32,000 bases of DNA, taken from Photorhabdus heterorhabditis (GTDB lineage Bacteria > Pseudomonadota > Gammaproteobacteria > Enterobacterales > Enterobacteriaceae). Below are positions 1-11,156 of this stretch, one piece after another (position 1 is the first letter of the stretch; each line of letters starts with the position of its first letter). A program made the position numbers and the translations under genes. The notes under the pieces are model-generated. The model saw only the letters and a list, made by a program, of their open reading frames with translations, was not told where the DNA came from and made no database searches. The stretch lies in assembly GCF_018448905.1 (NCBI RefSeq), contig NZ_RCWA01000021.1:5178-37177 (forward strand), in the 5' to 3' direction.

Positions 1-1264
1 TGTTCGTCCAGTTCGTGATACTACTCACCTGGAAGGTAAAGAGCTTGAGTTTAAAGTCATCAAGCTGGATCAGAAACGCAACAACGTAGTTGTTTCCCGT
101 CGTGCTGTTATCGAATCTGAAAACAGTGCAGAACGTGATCAACTGCTGGAAAACCTGCAAGAAGGTATGGAAGTTAAAGGTATCGTTAAGAACCTGACTG
201 ACTACGGTGCATTCGTTGATCTGGGCGGCGTTGATGGCTTACTGCACATTACCGATATGGCTTGGAAACGTGTTAAACATCCAAGTGAAATCGTCAATGT
301 GGGTGATGAAATCACAGTTAAAGTACTGAAATTCGACCGTGAGCGTACCCGTGTATCTCTGGGCCTGAAACAACTGGGCGAAGATCCTTGGGTAGCTATC
401 GCTAAACGTTACCCAGAAAGTACTAAACTGACTGGCCGCGTAACTAACCTGACTGATTACGGCTGCTTCGTAGAAATCGAAGAGGGCGTTGAAGGTCTGG
501 TACACGTTTCAGAAATGGATTGGACCAACAAAAACATCCACCCATCCAAAGTTGTTAACGTTGGTGATGTTGTGGAAGTTATGGTTCTGGATATCGATGA
601 AGAACGTCGTCGTATCTCCCTGGGTCTGAAACAGTGTAAAGCTAACCCATGGCAGCTGTTTGCTGAAACTCACAACAAAAATGACCGCGTTGAAGGCAAG
701 ATCAAGTCTATCACTGACTTCGGTATCTTCATTGGTCTGGATGGCGGTATTGACGGCCTGGTTCACTTGTCTGACATCTCCTGGAACGTTACCGGTGAAG
801 AAGCAGTTCGTGAATACAAAAAAGGCGACGAAATTGCCGCTGTTGTTCTGCAAGTTGATGCAGAGCGTGAGCGTATCTCTTTGGGCATCAAACAATTGGC
901 GGAAGATCCATTCAATAACTACCTGTCTGTAAACAAGAAAGGTGTTATTGTTACTGGTAAAGTCACCGCAGTTGATGCTAAAGGTGCGACAGTAGAACTG
1001 GCTGACGGCGTTGAAGGTTATCTGCGTGCATCAGAAGCTTCTCGTGACCGTGTTGAAGATGCAACTCTGGTTCTGAACGTTGGCGATGCAGTTGAAGCTA
1101 AATATACTGGTGTTGATCGCAAAAACCGCGTAATCAACCTGTCTGTTCGCGCTAAAGACGAAGCTGACGAAAAAGATGCTATCGCTTCTGTGAACAAACA
1201 AGAAGATGCGAACTTTGCTAACAATGCAATGGCTGAAGCTTTCAAAGCAGCTAAAGGCGAATAA
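1..1264 (+). CDS. rpsA: 30S ribosomal protein S1, 3' portion (5' end lies outside the window)
   Basis: The frame is open from position 2 ([36 protein letters not shown]...) and runs into listed ORF 167..1264. It has repeated S1 motifs and the C-terminus ...[12 protein letters not shown]. It is nearly identical to E. coli S1 as I recall it. Confidence 0.97.
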   Translation, partial: VRPVRDTTHLEGKELEFKVIKLDQKRNNVVVSRRAVIESENSAERDQLLENLQEGMEVKGIVKNLTDYGAFVDLGGVDGLLHITDMAWKRVKHPSEIVNVGDEITVKVLKFDRERTRVSLGLKQLGEDPWVAIAKRYPESTKLTGRVTNLTDYGCFVEIEEGVEGLVHVSEMDWTNKNIHPSKVVNVGDVVEVMVLDIDEERRRISLGLKQCKANPWQLFAETHNKNDRVEGKIKSITDFGIFIGLDGGIDGLVHLSDISWNVTGEEAVREYKKGDEIAAVVLQVDAERERISLGIKQLAEDPFNNYLSVNKKGVIVTGKVTAVDAKGATVELADGVEGYLRASEASRDRVEDATLVLNVGDAVEAKYTGVDRKNRVINLSVRAKDEADEKDAIASVNKQEDANFANNAMAEAFKAAKGE

Positions 1265-1328
1265 TTTAAGTGATAACGATGGATAACACATTAGTGTGTT
1301 ATCCAAACGGTAGTTTAGGGAGGTACTA

Positions 1329-1613
1329 ATGACCAAGTCTGAATTAATTGAAAGGCTTGCTGGTCAGCAATCTCATATTTCGGCCAAGACCGTTGAAGAT
1401 GCAGTGAAAGAAATGCTCGATCATATGGCTGAAACTTTGGCAGATGGTGAGCGGATAGAAGTGCGCGGATTCGGCAGTTTTTCTCTTCACTACCGTGCTC
1501 CGCGTGTAGGTCGTAACCCTAAAACGGGTGATAAAGTGGAATTGGAAGGTAAATACGTTCCTCATTTTAAACCCGGTAAAGAGTTACGTGATCGCGTAAA
1601 TATCTACGATTAA
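1329..1613 (+). CDS. ihfB: Integration host factor beta subunit
   Basis: The 94-aa protein [10 protein letters not shown]...[45 protein letters not shown] has the HU/IHF fold signature. It sits in the conserved position after rpsA. A GGGAGG SD lies upstream. Confidence 0.96.
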   Translation: MTKSELIERLAGQQSHISAKTVEDAVKEMLDHMAETLADGERIEVRGFGSFSLHYRAPRVGRNPKTGDKVELEGKYVPHFKPGKELRDRVNIYD

Positions 1614-1650
1614 GTTTGAAGATAACGAGTTATTACTTATTTTTAATTTC

Positions 1651-1677
1651 AAACAGCACCTTTGGGTGCTGTTTTTA
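1651..1677 (+). terminator. Rho-independent terminator after ihfB
   Basis: aaaCAGCACCtttgGGTGCTGttttt: a GC-rich stem (1654-1660 / 1665-1671) followed by a T run. Confidence 0.8.
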
Positions 1678-1721
1678 TTAATAGTTCAGCTTTTTGGTCA
1701 GCATTTTGATTTACTTAAAGC

Positions 1722-2363
1722 TCATGTATAAGAAAATCTCAGATTAAATAATGTTATTGAATATGAAAAGAAATATAGCCCAAGTATAATCAAAGTGACA
1801 CCGCTGGCATAATTAATAAACTTGATAACACGATAATTAAGCATTTTTTTGGAGAAAAATATAATGGTGTTAATAAATGCAACCCAAAAAATAACACCAA
1901 TAATTGTTCCCGATGCACCGATAGCTAAACCGTATTTGTCTGATGTAATATTGTTGAGTTGTGCACTTACAGATAACCAAAAGATAATATTGTAGGGATT
2001 TAATAGTGTTAACAATACACCATCAAAAAACTGTCTATGATAGGGAGTGGAGATGATATTGATATTTTCTTCATTTTTCCTATTTATAAAGCTGATAATA
2101 CCAAACCAAATTACCATTAATGCACCTAAAAAACCAAAAATAGGCATAAAAATAGTATTAGAAAACAATTGTAATATACCAAATCCTAAAAGTAATAAAT
2201 AAATTATATCAGCAAAACAAGCACCTAAACCAAAAACCACTGCATGAAGACAACTGATATTCAAGTGCCTGCGCATAATTTCTATATTTATAGGACCAAC
2301 GGGAGCCGCAGCTCCCAGACCTAAAAGAAAAAATGTCCCTAATGTACTCATTACAGCGATCAT
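1722..2363 (-). CDS. LysE/RhtB-family amino-acid exporter (6-TM)
   Basis: The 213-aa protein is very hydrophobic. Its N-terminal FLLGLGAAAPVGPINIEIMRR resembles the LysE/ArgO family signature. This gene is absent from the E. coli ihfB-ycaI interval. Confidence 0.7.
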   Translation of the reverse strand: MIAVMSTLGTFFLLGLGAAAPVGPINIEIMRRHLNISCLHAVVFGLGACFADIIYLLLLGFGILQLFSNTIFMPIFGFLGALMVIWFGIISFINRKNEENINIISTPYHRQFFDGVLLTLLNPYNIIFWLSVSAQLNNITSDKYGLAIGASGTIIGVIFWVAFINTIIFFSKKMLNYRVIKFINYASGVTLIILGLYFFSYSITLFNLRFSYT

Positions 2364-2367
2364 ATAG

Positions 2368-3180
2368 TTAATTCCATAACATTAGATGTTTATTTAGTGA
2401 TAATCCTATAAAGCTTTGCAATGATATTCTACACCCGTCAGAAAAACTGCGAATTGCATGAGGTTTCCGGGTATTTATTATTATTAAATCCCCTTGTTCT
2501 GGTTTTATGAGAATGGACTGCGGGAGAGAGCCTCGCCAATCATATTCTGGATTGTCTTCAATTAATTCGGTGATAGGAATAGCAGGGACATCCCACAGCT
2601 CTAGCTCTCCTCCATTTGTCGGTGTTTTTATGTATATATTCACAGAGAATTGACCCAGTAAATTGATGGATTGTTGTTGAAGGCCATCAAAATGAGGTTG
2701 TTTTTCAACCATGAAAGAGCGTTCGGGCCTTCTCATAACCCTGGCAATCCCAGCATGCATCTTTTTACCTTCAAAATTTGCGATACTGGCTCCGGCAGAC
2801 CACACTTCATCCAACTCTAGACGGAATTTGTCGAAAGGCGCTAGCAATGGGGCACAGAAATTTCTGACGTCTCTTATTGCGGATAATGCATTATCAAAAT
2901 ATTTTTTATAACTATCGCTATCTTTGGATTTGCCAAAAGTTGTGTTGTAAGAAACGCCGATTCTATCAACACCATAATCAACTAAAACAATATCATCTCC
3001 TTTTTTCAAGTCATGAGGGTGACATTCCAGATTTTTATGGGAGAGAAAAAAATCAGAGAGTTTGTTTGCAAGATGACTATCTACATACTGTTTTATATGA
3101 ATTGCTAACGCTTCATTATTAAATAACTTAGTAAGATCATGTTCTCGTAAAGAATCTGATACAATTATTTCATTGTTCAT
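2368..3180 (-). CDS. 2-oxoglutarate/Fe(II)-dependent oxygenase-like protein
   Basis: It has an HxD...H triad candidate (QPHFDGL ... RKPHAIRS) followed by an RxS motif (CRISLQSF), plus a GGELELWD strand typical of the double-stranded beta-helix fold. I place the start at ATG 3180 (MNNEII), preceded by AAGGTGG. The listed 3189 start is a GTG extension. It is separated by 4 bp from the exporter gene and is probably co-transcribed with it. Confidence 0.5.
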   Translation of the reverse strand: MNNEIIVSDSLREHDLTKLFNNEALAIHIKQYVDSHLANKLSDFFLSHKNLECHPHDLKKGDDIVLVDYGVDRIGVSYNTTFGKSKDSDSYKKYFDNALSAIRDVRNFCAPLLAPFDKFRLELDEVWSAGASIANFEGKKMHAGIARVMRRPERSFMVEKQPHFDGLQQQSINLLGQFSVNIYIKTPTNGGELELWDVPAIPITELIEDNPEYDWRGSLPQSILIKPEQGDLIIINTRKPHAIRSFSDGCRISLQSFIGLSLNKHLMLWN

Positions 3181-3456
3181 AAAAACCACCTTGTTATATC
3201 TAACATGATTTTAGATGATTTTTTCCACATAGAACGTGCTGGAAAATATTTTCAATATTCTATATTAAGTAATAATATTTAATCAATGTGATTTTAATTC
3301 TAAAAATTAGATGTGAATTTCAATTGATTTAACTAATTTAATATAATATCTGGAAATAACAATTTCAAAAAGAAGTTAATTTAATATTCAATTGTGATGA
3401 TAAATAGATAATGTGATTTCTTTCGTGAATTATTTATGGTTTAGATTGTGCGTTTT

Positions 3457-3582
3457 TATACCCAATAGATTTCAATTTGCAGCGCGGCGGCAAGAGAACG
3501 CATCCCCAGGAGTATAGATAACGATGTGACTGGGGTAAGTGAACGCAGCCAACAAAGCAGCAGCTTGAAGGATGAAGGGTAT
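3457..3582 (+). repeat. ERIC (enterobacterial repetitive intergenic consensus) element, copy 1
   Basis: The sequence is TATACCCAATAGATTTCAATTTGCAGCGCGGCGGCAAG...CCCCAGGAG...GTGACTGGGG...CAGCTTGAAGGATGAAGGGTATA. It is an imperfect palindrome of about 126 bp matching the ERIC consensus and the 5 other copies in this window. Confidence 0.9.
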
Positions 3583-3872
3583 ATCTGTAATGCGGGCATG
3601 ATATCGCGATATATTTTACTTGATACTTTTGTCGAATATAAAGAAGAAAAATAAAAAACAATATGCTCGCATCAGTAAAAAACTCATCATATAACTAACT
3701 TGAAATTCACGTAAAAAATATTTTGCGAAGCGGCTCGCATTAGTTTTTGAAATTTTTCTTAATATAAAATTAATTTGTGAAGGTGTTTGATAATTCTTTA
3801 GGTGCTTATGGCTGCTTTGGAAAAGATAAGGAATACTCTGTTGCGAAAATAAAAGGGTAAGGATGAATAAGG

Positions 3873-6200
3873 ATGTGGCTTTCAGTTTTGATAAACAGGA
3901 TAACGATAAATTGGAAGCAACCGATTCCGGTAATCAGCGTTAATCAGGCTGCGATAGCAATTATTATCGGTATTATACCCTTGCTTTTTTTGCCTGAATT
4001 ACCCCAGAAATGGCAAATTATTACATTTTTGTTATTGGCTCTATTCTGTTTATTTTTGCCATTTTGTATTTGCCGGATGATCTCAATTTCATTGCTGGCA
4101 TTTCTGCTAGGGTGTTGGCAGGGAAATCATCTGCTTGAACAAATAATCTATCTTAGTGAGAGAGGACATATATCGCAGGCTATTATTGAAAGCTTGTCGT
4201 TGGGTGATGAGGGAAAAAACAAAGTTCTTCTTCGCCTGATTAAAACGGAAGATAAAATTATTTTTCCGCCGCTGTATGTCTCTGCTTATTGGGATTTTCC
4301 CTCTGACACTTTGTGTGCTGGTCAAAAATGGCAGTTAAACATGAAATTACGACCTGTTCATAGCCAGCTAAATCAAGGTGGTTATGATAGTCAGCGTAGA
4401 GCATTGGCTATTCGTCAACCTCTGACAGGAAAAGTGATCCATGCTGAATTAATTGATGAAAAATGTAATTTACGCCAGCAATTGGTCAGTAATATTGCGC
4501 CGGCTATTCGTGAGTTAAAACATAGTGGCATTGCAATGGCATTAGCCTTTGGTGAGCGTCAATGGTTGAGCAAGGAGAATAATTTATTATTACAGCAAAC
4601 AGGCACGGCGCATCTTATGGCGATTTCAGGGTTACATATTACTGTTGCCAGTATGTTTGGTTGGTGGATGGCAAGATTCTTGCAACTCTTTTTTCCTATC
4701 CATTGGATAGGGCACAGATTCCCACTGATCTCTGGCTGGATAGTCGCAATGATTTATGTATGGCTATCGGGTTGGGGTATTCCGGCTATTCGCGCCTTAC
4801 TGGGTTTGACACTTTGGCTTTATTTACGTTATAGAAATATTCTGTGTTTCCCTTGGCAATGGGCATTGTGGACTGCTGCAATTATTCTGTTATTTGATCC
4901 TCTGACCGTGCTTTCTGACAGCTTTTGGCTCTCTTTCTTTGCCGTGATGGCGCTAATGTTCTGGTTTCGCTGGGCACCGTTGGTTGAACCATTTCGTTAT
5001 GGTTGGAAATGGTTGTGGCTGCGTGGGTTATATATGCAAATGGGCATGATGTTGATGCTTATTCCCCTCCAACTATTATTGTTTCATGGCGTTAATTTTT
5101 CCGCTCTATTTGCTAATTTCTGGGCAGTGCCAATCATCTCTTTTATTACTGTTCCGTTGATCATGTTGGCATTAATCAGCGCTTTTTGTCCTTTTATTCA
5201 CGCTTTACTATGGCAATTGGTTGATTATTCTGTGACTTTCTCTTTGATCCCTTTGCCTGTTTTGCAACAGTCATGGAGTGAAACGGGTGGTTTTCCCATC
5301 TTGATAACGTTTATTGGCTGGTTTGTCGTTATTATCTGGCGATTCGCTTGGTGGCAATCATATAAGTTACTGATTGGCATTTTTTTAGGTGTCATGCTCT
5401 GTTATTTGAGGCGTAATGAAGAATATCTGTGGCGATTTTCTATGCTGGATGTTGGGCATGGGCTTGCTGTTCTCATTGAGAAAGATGGCAAGGCGTTGAT
5501 TTTTGATACCGGTAATCGCTGGGAAACGGGCAGTGTGGCTGAGAGAATGATAATTCCTTATTTGCGCTGGCACAGATTAACGCTGGAGCAAATTATTATT
5601 AGTCATAATCATCTGGACCATACCGGTGGGTTGGAATTCTTACAACGGAAATATCCTGATATTGCTGTCAGAAGTCCTTTAACCGACAATAAACATCTTC
5701 CCTGTATACGCGGTGAACAGTGGCAATGGCAAGGATTGAGCTTCCGGGTATTATGGCCGCCAGAAAGGGTAGTGAATGCGGGTAATAATGAATCCTGTGT
5801 CATTCGTGTAGAAGATGGTAAACATAGCGTGTTGCTGACCGGGGATCTGGAAAAACAGGCGGAATATAAGCTACTGGGAATAGAAAAAGACAATTTAAGA
5901 TCGACAATATTGCAGGTTCCACATCATGGTAGTAATACCTCATCTACAGCTGCCTTTATTCACACGGTTGCTCCACAATATGCATTTGCTTCTGTCGCAC
6001 GTTATAGCCCATGGCGGCTTCCGTCGATTAAGGTACAACGACGTTATCGCAAAGCCGGGGTGGAATGGCGTAGTACCTCAGTATCCGGGCAGATAACCGG
6101 TTGTTTTTACAGCGATCACGTTGAGATTATCGGATACAGACAACAAATTATGTCACGCTGGTATCATCAGTGGTTTGGTATTCGAGGCGATCATGAGTAG
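3873..6200 (+). CDS. comEC: ComEC/Rec2 (YcaI) DNA internalisation-related competence protein
   Basis: The 775-aa polytopic membrane protein has a C-terminal metallo-beta-lactamase motif (ISHNHLDHTGG ... VPHHGS). It is syntenic with E. coli ycaI upstream of msbA. The exact start codon is uncertain. Confidence 0.88.
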   Translation: MWLSVLINRITINWKQPIPVISVNQAAIAIIIGIIPLLFLPELPQKWQIITFLLLALFCLFLPFCICRMISISLLAFLLGCWQGNHLLEQIIYLSERGHISQAIIESLSLGDEGKNKVLLRLIKTEDKIIFPPLYVSAYWDFPSDTLCAGQKWQLNMKLRPVHSQLNQGGYDSQRRALAIRQPLTGKVIHAELIDEKCNLRQQLVSNIAPAIRELKHSGIAMALAFGERQWLSKENNLLLQQTGTAHLMAISGLHITVASMFGWWMARFLQLFFPIHWIGHRFPLISGWIVAMIYVWLSGWGIPAIRALLGLTLWLYLRYRNILCFPWQWALWTAAIILLFDPLTVLSDSFWLSFFAVMALMFWFRWAPLVEPFRYGWKWLWLRGLYMQMGMMLMLIPLQLLLFHGVNFSALFANFWAVPIISFITVPLIMLALISAFCPFIHALLWQLVDYSVTFSLIPLPVLQQSWSETGGFPILITFIGWFVVIIWRFAWWQSYKLLIGIFLGVMLCYLRRNEEYLWRFSMLDVGHGLAVLIEKDGKALIFDTGNRWETGSVAERMIIPYLRWHRLTLEQIIISHNHLDHTGGLEFLQRKYPDIAVRSPLTDNKHLPCIRGEQWQWQGLSFRVLWPPERVVNAGNNESCVIRVEDGKHSVLLTGDLEKQAEYKLLGIEKDNLRSTILQVPHHGSNTSSTAAFIHTVAPQYAFASVARYSPWRLPSIKVQRRYRKAGVEWRSTSVSGQITGCFYSDHVEIIGYRQQIMSRWYHQWFGIRGDHE

Positions 6201-6238
6201 AATAACCTGCTATTTCTTTTGGTGTTGGTAACTCAATA

Positions 6239-7984
6239 ATGAATGATAAAGACCTTTCTACCTGGCAGACGTTTCGCCGACTATGGCCAATCATTTCTCC
6301 GTTTAGGATTGGGCTGATAGTTGCTGCGGTTGCACTAATTATTAATGCTGCCGGTGATACATTAATGCTTTCATTGCTTAAGCCTTTACTGGATGAAGGT
6401 TTCGGCAAAGCAAGCACTGATGTACTGAAATGGATGCCGCTGATCGTGATTGCTCTGATGGTTATGCGTGGGCTATCCGGGTTTGTATCAAGTTATTGTA
6501 TCTCTTGGGTCTCCGGTAAAGTGGTGATGCAGATGCGCCGTCGTCTGTTTGGTCATATGATGGGGATGCCGGTATCATTTTTTGATCAGCAATCCACTGG
6601 CACTCTGCTTTCCCGTATTACTTACGATTCTGAGCAGGTGGCTTCTTCCTCTTCTAGTGCATTAATTACCGTGGTTAGGGAAGGGGCATCAATTATCGGT
6701 CTGTTTATTTTGATGTTTTACTATAGCTGGCAATTATCTCTGATCCTGATTGTGATTGCGCCGATAGTCTCATTGGTTATTCGCTCGGTATCAAAGCGGT
6801 TTCGCAATATCAGTAAAAATATGCAGAACAGCATGGGACAAGTGACTGCCAGTGCTGAGCAGATGCTGAAAGGGCACAAAGAAGTGTTGATTTTCGGTGG
6901 GCAAAAAGTAGAAACCGAACGCTTTAATAAAGTCAGTAACAATATGCGTCAGCAAGGCATGAAGATGGTTTCTGCTTCATCGATTTCTGATCCCATTATT
7001 CAGCTTATTGCTTCATTTGCTTTGGCTTTCGTCCTGTATGCAGCAAGTTTTCCGGAGATTATGGATACACTGACTGCGGGTAAAATTACCGTGGTATTCT
7101 CATCAATGATTGCGTTGATGCGTCCGTTAAAATCTTTGACTAATGTTAACGCACAATTCCAGCGTGGCATGGCGGCCTGTCAGACTCTGTTTGCTATTCT
7201 GGATATGGAGCAGGAAAAAGATGAAGGCAAATTGGAGCTTAAAAAAGCGGACGGTAATATTGAATTCCGTAATGTGACTTTCTGTTACCCGACTAAAGAA
7301 CTGCCAGCGTTACAAAACATTTCTATACATATTCCGGCTGGAAAAATTGTTGCTTTAGTTGGGCGCTCTGGCTCGGGTAAATCCACAATAGCGAATTTGC
7401 TGACTCGTTTTTATGATGTCAATGAAGGCAGTATTCTGCTTGATGACCATGATTTACGGGAATATACGCTTTCTTCTTTGCGCGGACAGGTTGCTCTGGT
7501 ATCGCAGAATGTGCATTTGTTTAATGACACGGTAGCGAACAATATTGCTTATGCCAGTGAAAACCAATATAGCCGTGAAGAGATTGAGCGGGCGGCTGAA
7601 ATGGCTTATGCAATGGATTTTATCAGGAAACTGGATAACGGCCTGGATACCATGATTGGTGAAAATGGGGTGTTGCTTTCTGGTGGTCAGCGTCAACGTA
7701 TTGCTATCGCGCGTGCTTTATTGCGTGATTCTCCGGTTCTTATTCTTGATGAGGCAACTTCGGCACTGGATACTGAATCCGAGCGGGCAATTCAGGCGGC
7801 ATTGGATGAATTGCAGAAGAATAGAACTTCACTGGTGATTGCACATCGTCTGTCAACCATTGAGAAAGCCGATGAAATTCTGGTTATTGAAGATGGGCAT
7901 ATTGTTGAACGAGGTAATCATCTCTCTCTGCTGGAGAAAAATGGCGTTTACTCACAACTACATCGGATGCAATTTGGGCAATGA
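6239..7984 (+). CDS. msbA: Lipid A export ABC transporter (flippase) MsbA
   Basis: The 581-aa protein has six N-terminal TM helices. Motifs present: Walker [13 protein letters not shown] signature LSGGQRQR, Walker [13 protein letters not shown]. It is collinear with E. coli MsbA. Confidence 0.97.
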   Translation: MNDKDLSTWQTFRRLWPIISPFRIGLIVAAVALIINAAGDTLMLSLLKPLLDEGFGKASTDVLKWMPLIVIALMVMRGLSGFVSSYCISWVSGKVVMQMRRRLFGHMMGMPVSFFDQQSTGTLLSRITYDSEQVASSSSSALITVVREGASIIGLFILMFYYSWQLSLILIVIAPIVSLVIRSVSKRFRNISKNMQNSMGQVTASAEQMLKGHKEVLIFGGQKVETERFNKVSNNMRQQGMKMVSASSISDPIIQLIASFALAFVLYAASFPEIMDTLTAGKITVVFSSMIALMRPLKSLTNVNAQFQRGMAACQTLFAILDMEQEKDEGKLELKKADGNIEFRNVTFCYPTKELPALQNISIHIPAGKIVALVGRSGSGKSTIANLLTRFYDVNEGSILLDDHDLREYTLSSLRGQVALVSQNVHLFNDTVANNIAYASENQYSREEIERAAEMAYAMDFIRKLDNGLDTMIGENGVLLSGGQRQRIAIARALLRDSPVLILDEATSALDTESERAIQAALDELQKNRTSLVIAHRLSTIEKADEILVIEDGHIVERGNHLSLLEKNGVYSQLHRMQFGQ

Positions 7985-8991
7985 TTGAGCGCATATGGTC
8001 AGGCCGCTCATGGCTTTATTTGCTGTTGTTACCTTTTTCAGCCCTTTATGGGCTGATAAGTGGATTACGGCGGTTGAGTTATAAAATTGGGCTGAGTAAG
8101 TCTTGGAAAGCGCCTGTACCTGTTGTGGTCGTGGGTAATTTGACTGCCGGAGGTAATGGTAAAACTCCGGTAGTTATCTGGCTGGTGGAACAGTTACAGA
8201 AAAAAGGCTATCGGGTTGGTGTTGTTTCTCGCGGTTATGGTGGTAAAGCAGAAAATTACCCTTTGCTGGTGACTGAAAATATCACAACGGCTCAAGCAGG
8301 TGATGAACCTGTGCTGATTCATCGTCGTACTGGTTCACCTGTGGCGGTTGCTCCAAGGCGGGTTGAAGCAGTAAAAGCATTATTGGCAAGTACACCACTG
8401 GATATCATCGTTACTGATGATGGTTTACAGCACTATGCTTTGCAACGGGATTTTGAAATCGCTGTGATTGATGGTGTGCGCCGCTTTGGTAATGGTTGGT
8501 GGCTGCCGGCTGGTCCGATGCGTGAATTATCTGGGCGATTGAATACGGTTAATACCATTATTACAAATGGTGGTACGCCTCAGTCAGGCGAATTATCCAT
8601 GACATTAGCTGGTGGGCTGGCGGTGAATATGGTTAGTGGTGAAAAGCGAATGGTGAACCTTATACCTGATGTTGTTGCTATGGCCGGAATTGGGCATCCG
8701 CCACGGTTTTTTGCTACTCTGCAACAGTTAGGTGCTGACTTACAAAAAGAGTGTGCGTTTGCCGATCATCAAATGTACACCAAAGATCAATTGAACCATC
8801 TGGCTGATGCAAACCAGAATTTACTCATGACGGAAAAAGATGCAGTTAAGTGTTTTAATTTTGCTCAGTCCAATTGGTGGTACTTACCGGTAGATGCTCA
8901 ATTACCGCAGGAAAAGGGGCAAGTGATGTTGGATAGCATCTGTTCACTATTGTCCGTTAGTAAATTGTCCGTCAGTAAAAAAACTGAGTAA
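7981..8991 (+). CDS. lpxK: Tetraacyldisaccharide 4'-kinase
   Basis: An ATGA overlap couples it to msbA. It has the P-loop [12 protein letters not shown] and is in the conserved position after msbA. Confidence 0.95.
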   Translation: MIERIWSGRSWLYLLLLPFSALYGLISGLRRLSYKIGLSKSWKAPVPVVVVGNLTAGGNGKTPVVIWLVEQLQKKGYRVGVVSRGYGGKAENYPLLVTENITTAQAGDEPVLIHRRTGSPVAVAPRRVEAVKALLASTPLDIIVTDDGLQHYALQRDFEIAVIDGVRRFGNGWWLPAGPMRELSGRLNTVNTIITNGGTPQSGELSMTLAGGLAVNMVSGEKRMVNLIPDVVAMAGIGHPPRFFATLQQLGADLQKECAFADHQMYTKDQLNHLADANQNLLMTEKDAVKCFNFAQSNWWYLPVDAQLPQEKGQVMLDSICSLLSVSKLSVSKKTE

Positions 8992-9430
8992 ATTTCAAAA
9001 GTATGCAGTGACTGCTCTGCTGGTTGGGCTTTTTACGATAACCTCATTTAGATAAGAATTTCTAATGTTTTTGCTGAGTTATTCTTTGCCAATTTATACA
9101 ATTTTAATAGTTGCTCCCAGATTTATTTGATTTTCTGCTATTGTTGAATGATATTAAAATTATCCATTGTGGCGGAGTGGCTGAACAACCGTTTTGTGTA
9201 GTTGATTCAAATTGTATAGTTGATTCAGGCAGTCGCAATGTTGGCGGGATACTTGTTTGTATCCAATTACTCAAGCAAATGCACTACTCAAGTTAAGGGT
9301 ATTTTAAGTATTGAAATGGAGATGGAGCTTTATTCGAAAACTTAATAAAGAGTAGCAAACATCAAAAACAATAGATTGAATTATTGTGAGATGAACAGAA
9401 GGGAAAGTTATCATGACATTACAATTACAA

Positions 9431-9628
9431 ATGGGCAGAGTAAAATGGTTTGATGAGAATAAAGGATATGGTGTTATTTCTCCACAGGATGGCGGGCAAG
9501 ACATATTTGTCAGTAGAAAAGCGATTGCCAATACAAAAAATAAATCACTTACAGAAGGGCAGAATGTAGAGTTCTCAATTATTCGCAACGGTTATAGTTT
9601 AACCGCAGCAGATGTGATTGCATTCTAG
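9431..9628 (+). CDS. Divergent cold-shock-domain protein
   Basis: MGRVKWFDENKGYGVISPQDGGQDIFVSRKAI...SLTEGQNVEFSI aligns with the CspA family. The RNP1-like motif KGYGVI is kept, but the RNP2 position reads IFVSR instead of VFVHF. The start is probably Met7 of listed ORF 9413..9628. Confidence 0.7.
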   Translation: MGRVKWFDENKGYGVISPQDGGQDIFVSRKAIANTKNKSLTEGQNVEFSIIRNGYSLTAADVIAF

Positions 9629-10012
9629 TTCTCTATCTTATGGAGTTATTTTATTGTTATTCTTTAATAAAGAAGGAGCTTGAGCCATGTTTCGGACAAA
9701 GGCAATAGCTCTTTTTGAAGGTACTTTCGGTGAGTCCGGAGGGAGAACGAAGTGTGTCATTATTTCACATATCACGTTTGCGCTCCGGTTTCTCGCTGCT
9801 TGTGGTTTGTGTTCACGATTTGTTAACTAGCATGGTTTGCACCCAATATCTCTCCTGAGATAGTTCTAAATCTTCAACAAATTACCCTATTTGAATTCTT
9901 GTGGATAATATTGGGAAAAGGATCGAAAGATCAAATAACAAGAGTTAACGATGATACCGGGCTTATGTTATTCTGAGCCGTATTGAATCAAGGCTCCATA
10001 ATTGGAGGATGT

Positions 10013-10192
10013 ATGGATCACCGTTTACTCGAAATTATTGCTTGCCCTGTATGTAACGGAAAACTCAGCTACGATAAAGAGAATTTCGAACTTATCTGTA
10101 AGCTAGATCGACTTGCGTTTCCTGTGCGAGATGGCATTCCAGTCCTGTTAGATCACGAAGCTCGTGAATTACCTCTGGATGAGGAAAGATAA
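10013..10192 (+). CDS. ycaR: Trm112-family zinc-ribbon protein YcaR
   Basis: [18 protein letters not shown]...[13 protein letters not shown] is nearly identical to E. coli YcaR as I recall it. The start is ATG 10013 after GGAGGA. The listed 9983 start is an upstream extension. Confidence 0.92.
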   Translation: MDHRLLEIIACPVCNGKLSYDKENFELICKLDRLAFPVRDGIPVLLDHEARELPLDEER

Positions 10193-10195
10193 AGT

Positions 10196-10945
10196 ATGTT
10201 CACAGTTATTATTCCTGCCCGCTTTGCTTCGACCCGCTTACCCGGAAAGCCATTAGCCGATATTCACGGCAAGCCAATGATTGTTCGTGTGATGGAGCGG
10301 GCTATACGCTCCGGTGCTAAACGCGTTATTGTGGCGACGGATAATCACGACGTTGTTTCAGCGGTTGTTGCTGCGGGGGGAGAGGCTTGCCTGACCAGTG
10401 CGAATCATCATTCTGGTACTGAACGGTTAGCGGAGGTTATCGACAAATATCAGTTCGCCGATGATGAAATTATCGTTAACGTTCAGGGAGACGAGCCGTT
10501 AATTCCTGAAGAGATTATTAAGCAGGTTGCAGAGAATTTGGCGGGTTGCAAAGCGGGAATGGCAACTCTGGCCGTCCAGATTGATAATGCAGAAGAAGCT
10601 TTTAACCCTAATGCCGTGAAAGTGGTGATGGATAAACAGGGTTATGCACTCTATTTCTCTAGGGCGACGATCCCGTGGGAGCGTGATCGTTTTATTCAAT
10701 CGCGAGAAACGATTGGCGAGAATTTCCTGCGTCATATAGGTATTTATGCCTATCGTGCGGGTTTTATCCGTCGTTATGTACAATGGGAGCCGAGTCCATT
10801 AGAGCAGATTGAAATGCTGGAGCAATTACGAGTGCTTTGGTACGGCGAAAAAATTCATGTGGGAACAGCACTGAAAGCACCGGGAGCGGGGGTTGATACT
10901 CCAGAAGATTTAGCCGCAGTCAGAAAGGCATTGACTGAAATTTGA
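10196..10945 (+). CDS. kdsB: 3-deoxy-manno-octulosonate cytidylyltransferase (CMP-KDO synthetase)
   Basis: The N-terminus [29 protein letters not shown]... is present, the protein is 249 aa, and it is syntenic after ycaR. Confidence 0.96.
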   Translation: MFTVIIPARFASTRLPGKPLADIHGKPMIVRVMERAIRSGAKRVIVATDNHDVVSAVVAAGGEACLTSANHHSGTERLAEVIDKYQFADDEIIVNVQGDEPLIPEEIIKQVAENLAGCKAGMATLAVQIDNAEEAFNPNAVKVVMDKQGYALYFSRATIPWERDRFIQSRETIGENFLRHIGIYAYRAGFIRRYVQWEPSPLEQIEMLEQLRVLWYGEKIHVGTALKAPGAGVDTPEDLAAVRKALTEI

Positions 10946-10960
10946 TTACTGGTTTGAACC

Positions 10961-11086
10961 TATCCCAATAGATTTCAATTTGCAGCGCGGCGGCAAGAGA
11001 ACGCATTCCCAGGAGCATAGATAACGATGTGACTGGGGTAAGTGAACGTAGCCAACAAAGCAGCAACTTGAAAGATGAAGGGTATA
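10961..11086 (+). repeat. ERIC element, copy 2
   Basis: It has the same sequence family and orientation as copy 1. It lies between the convergent kdsB and elyC stops. Confidence 0.9.
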
Positions 11087-11156
11087 TTCTTTGATTAACG
11101 AAAGTGCGGCATTAATTAATTGCGCTTTCGTTTCTCCCCGTTTTTCAGGAAATGGT

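Noticed and set aside
3434-3661. 75-aa ORF (minus), and the similar 73-aa ORF at 10946..11167, sharing ...LHPSSCCFVGCVHLPQSHRYL.SW.CVLLPPRCKLKSIG
   Set aside because: The shared peptide is simply the translation of the ERIC repeat. There is no SD and no coding context, so both are spurious.
9111-9588. ORFs 9111..9296 (+, TTG start) and 9304..9588 (-) in the lpxK-csp intergenic region
   Set aside because: They have no SD, odd Cys/Ile-rich composition and an alternative start codon. The minus ORF overlaps the csp-like gene antisense. The region more likely holds the long AT-rich leader and promoter of the csp-like gene.
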